Shown piece by piece: positions 59,704 through 64,000 of a stretch of 64,000 nt of DNA. Position numbers and translations under genes: made by a program. The stretch's first letter is position 1; each line of letters opens with the position of its first letter. The notes beneath the pieces are model-generated. The model was not told the origin of the DNA. It saw only the letters and a program-made list of their open reading frames with translations, and made no database searches. This DNA comes from Candidatus Latescibacterota bacterium. Its GTDB lineage: Bacteria; Latescibacterota; UBA2968; UBA8231. The DNA lies in contig CBDCDC010000002.1 of the NCBI GenBank assembly GCA_965215195.1, positions 3,872,001-3,936,000 of the forward strand. The letters run 5' to 3'.

Positions 59704-59924
59704 GCGGCTTGCTCCTCGTCCTCCGCGTCCAGTCCGGGCGGCCAGGCGTAGTTGACCAACAAGACCATCAGCCCGGCGGCCGCCAAGCAGAAGCCGATGT
59801 GGTAGAGCAGGCCGATGGGCAGCCCCCAGACGATGCGCGGATCGTCCCAGAGCCAGAGATCGTTGTGCAAGAGGTAGAGGACCAGAAGCCCCAAGTAGAG
59901 GAGCCGGCGGACGGTGGCGTTCAT
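59700..59924 (-). CDS. Small membrane partner of the symporter (DUF3311-like)
   Basis: LHNDLWLWDD...GLPIGLLYHIG. Coupled to the symporter start. Confidence 0.75.
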   Translation of the reverse strand: MNATVRRLLYLGLLVLYLLHNDLWLWDDPRIVWGLPIGLLYHIGFCLAAAGLMVLLVNYAWPPGLDAEDEEQAA

Positions 59925-60006
59925 GCTGCACTCCAGCGGTAGAGGTGGTTGGCGTTGCGCGCCCTTTTGTTGTGCGTCTATCGGCCCGGACAAACCCACC
60001 CAACGG

Positions 60007-60043
60007 GTAGGGGCGATTCGCGAATAGCCCCCTGCAATCGCCC
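60007..60043. repeat. GTAG-type REP-like palindrome
   Basis: GTAGGGGCGATTCGCGAATAGCCCC..AATCGCCC. Confidence 0.55.
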
Positions 60044-60083
60044 TCGTGGTTGCCCAGCCGGTGTTGCCGAGGGCCTCGGCGAC

Positions 60084-60692
60084 CTAGGACCAGAGTTTGC
60101 CGACTTGGAGTTCAAAGCCGGGTAACAGGGGTTCGCCCGAGACCGTTTCAGGTGCCGACAGGCAAACGACAGTTTTTGCTGGGCGATAGACGTACACCGT
60201 TTTCGCCCGCGGATCGATGAGCCAGCCGAGTTGTACGCCATTCGCGAGATACTCCTGCATCTTGTCTTGGACCACGGCAAGCCGATCGGTGCGGGAGAGC
60301 AACTCGACGACAAAGTCGGGGCATATCGGGGCAAACTCCTCCTGCTCATCCGGGGACAGGGCTTCCCAGCGGTCGCGGCGAATCCACGCCAGATCCGGTG
60401 CCCGCACCGCCCCATTGGGCAGGGTGAAGCCGGCCGAGGAATCAAAGCCCAACCCGGTTGCATCGGCTTGCGTCCATAGGCCAAGTTGGGCCGTAAGGGT
60501 AAAGTTGCGGTGGCCGGATTTGCTCCCGGTGGGCGGCATGACGATCAGGTCTCCTTGGCAGGTGAGTTCCATGCGTAGATCGCGGTTGGCTTGGCAAAAC
60601 TCGAAAAACTCATGCCGGCTCAGGCGTCTTAGCACCGAACTAAAATGAAGGGTAAGAGCCATCGGCTCGGCGCGTACGGCAGCAGTGCTCAT
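60084..60692 (-). CDS. Uma2 (DUF820) family endonuclease
   Basis: GFDSSAGFTLPNGAVRAPDLAWI, CPDFVVELLS and KMQEYLANGVQLGWLIDP. Confidence 0.93.
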   Translation of the reverse strand: MSTAAVRAEPMALTLHFSSVLRRLSRHEFFEFCQANRDLRMELTCQGDLIVMPPTGSKSGHRNFTLTAQLGLWTQADATGLGFDSSAGFTLPNGAVRAPDLAWIRRDRWEALSPDEQEEFAPICPDFVVELLSRTDRLAVVQDKMQEYLANGVQLGWLIDPRAKTVYVYRPAKTVVCLSAPETVSGEPLLPGFELQVGKLWS

Positions 60693-60795
60693 GGCATGCG
60701 CTCCAAAATTTGAATGTTGCGCCCGCAACTATCCGCTGGAACGCGGGTGGCGCGGGCCGTTTTAGGCTTGTCAAGCGTACAATTCCCAATTTTTG

Positions 60796-60875
60796 CTGGG
60801 AGCGAGGGCGTCCCGCCCTCGACGAGGGCAAGATGCCCTCGATCCGAGATTAAGGCCCTACTGTCGTGTACTTAG
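60796..60875. repeat. Partial MITE/REP copy with one TIR
   Basis: Same internal GAGGGCGTCCCGCCCTCGACGAGGGCAAGATGCCCTCGATCC as the full copies, ending GTCGTGTACTTAG. No second TIR or TSD found. Confidence 0.7.
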
Positions 60876-60876
60876 G

Positions 60877-62178
60877 TCACCGCGTCAAGGCGACGGGCGC
60901 GGGCATCTGGCAGACCTCGCTCATCGGCCCGAAAATGGGCTCGACGCGTTCGCTGAAGAGGTTGCCGCTCAGAACGTCGATGACCCCCTGTTTGCACTCG
61001 GGATGGCACTTGAGGAATTCGGCGAAGCTGAAGTCCTTGGCGTAGAAGGCGTACACCATTTTGCGCACTGCCTCCATGCCGCGCACTAGCTCCGGCCCGA
61101 AACCGCCCAACTGCCCGGCCGAGAAGTCCCCTTTGGCAAAGGCCCCGGCAATGGCGTCGGCGGCCATCTCGCCGGATTTGAGGGCTAGGTACACGCCCGA
61201 GGAGTACATAGGGTCGAGAAAACAGAACGCGTCGCCGACCAGCACCCAGCCCTCGCCGGCGATGCGGCTGGCGCGGTAGGAAAAGTCCTTGGTGGTCTTG
61301 ACCGGAAAGAGCTGGTCGGCGTTTTGCAGGCGCTCCTGCAGGGGTCGGCATTTGGCCAACTCTTGCTCGAAGATGGTCTGCGCGTCTTGGCGGCGGCCTT
61401 GGACCAAGTAGGAGATCGCGCCGACCACGCCGACGCTGACCACATCGTTGGACAGGGGTATATACCAAAACCAGGAGTCCCGGTTCTCGGTGTGGAGGAT
61501 CAAGGTCGCGCCGGCGTCGATGCCGGCGTCGCGCCGGCCGCCGCGATAGTGGGTGTAGATCGAAGCCTTCTTCAGTTCGGGCTCGGGCTGGGTCAGCTTG
61601 AGCTTGCGGCCGATCAGCGCACTCTGGCCGGTGGCATCGACGACGACTTGCGCGGCAAAATCGCGGGTTTGCCCGTCGGCGAGCTTGGCGCACACGCCGG
61701 TAGCGCGGTCCCCTTCAAACAGCACTTCGAGCACCCGGGCACCCTGATGCACTTGAGTACCTTTTGCGCGGGCGTTGTCGAGGAGCATCTCGTCGAATGG
61801 GCCGCGCAGGACCTGCCAAGTTATTGCGCTTTCGTGGGGGTTGGTGTCGGAAAAGTAAAAGGGCGTTGAGCCGCGCCCCGACTTGCCGAAAAACTGTACG
61901 CTGTGCTTGCGGGGAAAGGCGCTGTCTTTGAGCCGGTTGAGCACGCCGAGCCGTTTGAAGGTCCAGTAGGTGTCCGGCATCAGGGACTCGCCGATCGCGA
62001 AGCGGGGAAACTGCGCCCGCTCAAAGAGCCGGACTCGGCGGCCGGTTGCGGCTAGGAGGGCGGCGACGGTGCTGCCGGCCGGGCCGCCGCCGATGACGAT
62101 GACATCGCTCACGTTTGTCCTAGGTCTGTGGCTTTTTGTGATTTCGCTCTGCTGCAGTCTGTCATTGACGTGGATCAA
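60877..62178 (-). CDS. Flavin-dependent halogenase family protein (start could be 62112)
   Basis: IGGGPAGS, FPRFAIGESL, the WxWxIP motif (WFWYIP) and GDAFCFLDPMYSSGV. Confidence 0.85.
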   Translation of the reverse strand: MIHVNDRLQQSEITKSHRPRTNVSDVIVIGGGPAGSTVAALLAATGRRVRLFERAQFPRFAIGESLMPDTYWTFKRLGVLNRLKDSAFPRKHSVQFFGKSGRGSTPFYFSDTNPHESAITWQVLRGPFDEMLLDNARAKGTQVHQGARVLEVLFEGDRATGVCAKLADGQTRDFAAQVVVDATGQSALIGRKLKLTQPEPELKKASIYTHYRGGRRDAGIDAGATLILHTENRDSWFWYIPLSNDVVSVGVVGAISYLVQGRRQDAQTIFEQELAKCRPLQERLQNADQLFPVKTTKDFSYRASRIAGEGWVLVGDAFCFLDPMYSSGVYLALKSGEMAADAIAGAFAKGDFSAGQLGGFGPELVRGMEAVRKMVYAFYAKDFSFAEFLKCHPECKQGVIDVLSGNLFSERVEPIFGPMSEVCQMPAPVALTR

Positions 62179-62227
62179 ATTGTACGTCCTTAGGGCCTAC
62201 CTTTCAATATACTAAAGAGAAGATCGA

Positions 62228-63508
62228 CTAGAGTTGGTCGCTCCTGTGATCGGTGACGCGCTGGGCTTTGAGTTCAAAGCGCGGCAGGGTGTTCGGCTCG
62301 GCGATTTGGATGTCGGCGCGCAGGCCCAGTCGGTGGGCGAGGGCGCGTTCTACTTGGTCGGCGGTGTCGTTGGCATTGCCGTCGAGTTCTAGGCGCACCT
62401 CCAGCTCGTCCAGTGCCCTGCGCCGATGGACGTCAACGGCAAATTCAGTGACCGCGGGGAACTGGCGCACGACGTTTTCAATCGCGCTGGGATAGACGAC
62501 CACGCCGCGGATGAGCAAGGCGTCGTCGAGGCGGCCGGTGACCCCGCCTTGGAGCCGCTCGAAGCTGCGGCCGCAGGCGCAAGGCGTGCGATTGAGCGCG
62601 ACGCGGTCGCCGGTGCGGTAGCGGAGGACCGGCATTCCGCTGCGGCCGAGATTAGTGATGACCAGCTCGCCCTCGTCGGCCGGTACGCCGCTTTGCGGAT
62701 CGACGACTTCGCAGATGAACTCGCCCTCGTTGAGGTGCAAGCCAGCCTGTTCGCAGCAGTCAAAACCCCAAGCGCCGACCTCGGTGGCCCCGGCGTGGTC
62801 GAAGCAGCGGGCACCCCAAGTGCGCTCGATTTGGGCGCGGGTAGCCGGGAGGTTCGCGCCCGGCTCGCCAGCGTGGATAGTGGTGCGGACGCTGCTGGCG
62901 GCGAGGTCGATCCCGCGGCCGCGGGCGACTTCGCCCAAGTGCAAGGCATACGTCGGCGTGGAGACGAGGACGGTGATCTCGTTTTCGACGATGGCGTCTA
63001 GGCGCTGCGCCGAAGACATGCCGCCGCCGGGGACGATCAGCGCGCCAATGCGGCTGGCCCCCTCGTGCCCGCTCCAGAAGCCGATAAAGGGGCCAAAGGA
63101 GAAGGCGAAAAAGACGCGGTCGCGGTTGCCGACGCCAGCGGCGCGATAGACTTGGGCCCAGCAGCGCCCCCACCAGCCCCAGCTCTGGGCCGTGTCGAGC
63201 CAGCGCAGGCGCTGGCCGGTGGTGCCGGAGGTCTGGTGGATGCGGGTGTAGCACGCGGGCGGATAGGTGAGGTTGGTGCCGTAGGGGGGGTGGGCGACTT
63301 GGTCCGCAGACAGTTCGGCGCGGGTGGTAAAGGGGAGGCGGGCCAAGTCGGAGAGAGTGGCGATATCCTCGGCCCGTGCGATTCCGGCCGCGTTGAGCTT
63401 TTGGCGGTAAAAGGCGTTGGTCGCCAGCACGGAACCGAGCAGGGTGTGCAGGCGGTTGCGCTGGTGTTTGGCCAGTGCGTCGCGGCTGAGGCGTTCGCAG
63501 TCCCTCAT
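62228..63508 (-). CDS. Phenylacetate-CoA ligase (PaaK)-like adenylate-forming enzyme
   Basis: QTSGTTG, HAGEPG, DHAGATE, RYRTGD, GRLDD and LPRFELKAQR. Confidence 0.92.
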   Translation of the reverse strand: MRDCERLSRDALAKHQRNRLHTLLGSVLATNAFYRQKLNAAGIARAEDIATLSDLARLPFTTRAELSADQVAHPPYGTNLTYPPACYTRIHQTSGTTGQRLRWLDTAQSWGWWGRCWAQVYRAAGVGNRDRVFFAFSFGPFIGFWSGHEGASRIGALIVPGGGMSSAQRLDAIVENEITVLVSTPTYALHLGEVARGRGIDLAASSVRTTIHAGEPGANLPATRAQIERTWGARCFDHAGATEVGAWGFDCCEQAGLHLNEGEFICEVVDPQSGVPADEGELVITNLGRSGMPVLRYRTGDRVALNRTPCACGRSFERLQGGVTGRLDDALLIRGVVVYPSAIENVVRQFPAVTEFAVDVHRRRALDELEVRLELDGNANDTADQVERALAHRLGLRADIQIAEPNTLPRFELKAQRVTDHRSDQL

Positions 63509-64000
63509 AGCGAATAGCCTAGGGTTGCCTTGAAGGAGAAGGGGGCCGCCGGGATGACCGAGGTGGCCCCAAAACCTCGGGTCTCGTATTCGCTGCCGGT
63601 CGCGTTTTTGAGGTTGATCCGCAGCAGCCCCGGACCTCGCCGATAGGTCAGCCCGCAGTCAAGCGTCAGCGCACCGTCGATCGCATAGGCGTTGTCCTCG
63701 GCCACGAACTGGCTGCCGACGTAGCGAATGCCAGCGGCCAAGGTGAGGTTTTCCCCCAAGTCGCGGGCGGCCCACAGCGTCAAAAGGTGTTCGGGCGCAA
63801 AGGCCGGCGCGTTGCCCGTGCGGTCAAAGATTTGGGGGACGAAGCCGTCGGCCGTGGGGACCAATGCGGATTCGTTGAAGCGCGTCAGCTCGGCGTCCAA
63901 AAAGGCATAGGTGCCTTGGGCGTACCAGCCTTGGGCCAGCCGCGCCGCCAGTTCCAGCTCCAGGCCCCGAGCGCGCTGGTTGCCGAGTTGCTGGGTGATT
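63505..64000 (-). CDS. TonB-dependent receptor, C-terminal part (5' end outside the window)
   Basis: The frame is open to the window edge: GNQRARGLELE...GTYAFLDA...APEH...GIRYVG...INLKNAT...LGYSL. Confidence 0.88.
   Translation of the reverse strand, partial: ITQQLGNQRARGLELELAARLAQGWYAQGTYAFLDAELTRFNESALVPTADGFVPQIFDRTGNAPAFAPEHLLTLWAARDLGENLTLAAGIRYVGSQFVAEDNAYAIDGALTLDCGLTYRRGPGLLRINLKNATGSEYETRGFGATSVIPAAPFSFKATLGYSL

Overview
A 64-kb GC-rich bacterial window. The gene families (FlgD/T9SS-like C-terminal domains, a 'SWGRIKA' tail, two DUF6785-like transporters, many TPR and toxin-antitoxin genes) suggest an FCB-group organism such as Ca. Latescibacterota; this is inference only. Contents in order: (1) a type I RM locus (hsdS..hsdR) with cargo and gene remnants between the two genes; (2) trkHA, rhaM, a secreted protein, transporters and a cyclopropane-synthase-like methyltransferase; (3) a ~15.6-kb co-oriented cell-surface cluster of one CBM9/DOMON-like protein, three paralogous proteins with 'xPNxDGVND' FlgD-Ig tails, two ~930-aa paralogous barrel-like proteins with D/N-rich inserts, and a PpiC lipoprotein; (4) an AT-rich RM-fusion plus S-subunit locus with a PIN toxin inside it and an antitoxin-like tail on the methylase; (5) enolase, GT39-TPR and SGNH-TPR genes, and a 7/11-periodic coiled-coil repeat gene behind a sigma-54 consensus promoter; (6) a mosaic duplication around phyH, a TA pair, a PvuII-like MTase-HNH pair and a PQQ-propeller gene; (7) a minus-strand cluster of TonB receptor, CoA ligase, flavin halogenase, symporter, GT4, thioesterase and ABC exporter. 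A ~135-150-bp MITE with 13-bp TIRs and 9-bp TSDs occurs three times complete and twice partially. No rRNA, tRNA or CRISPR array was seen. All family assignments come from motif recognition by eye; no database search was run.
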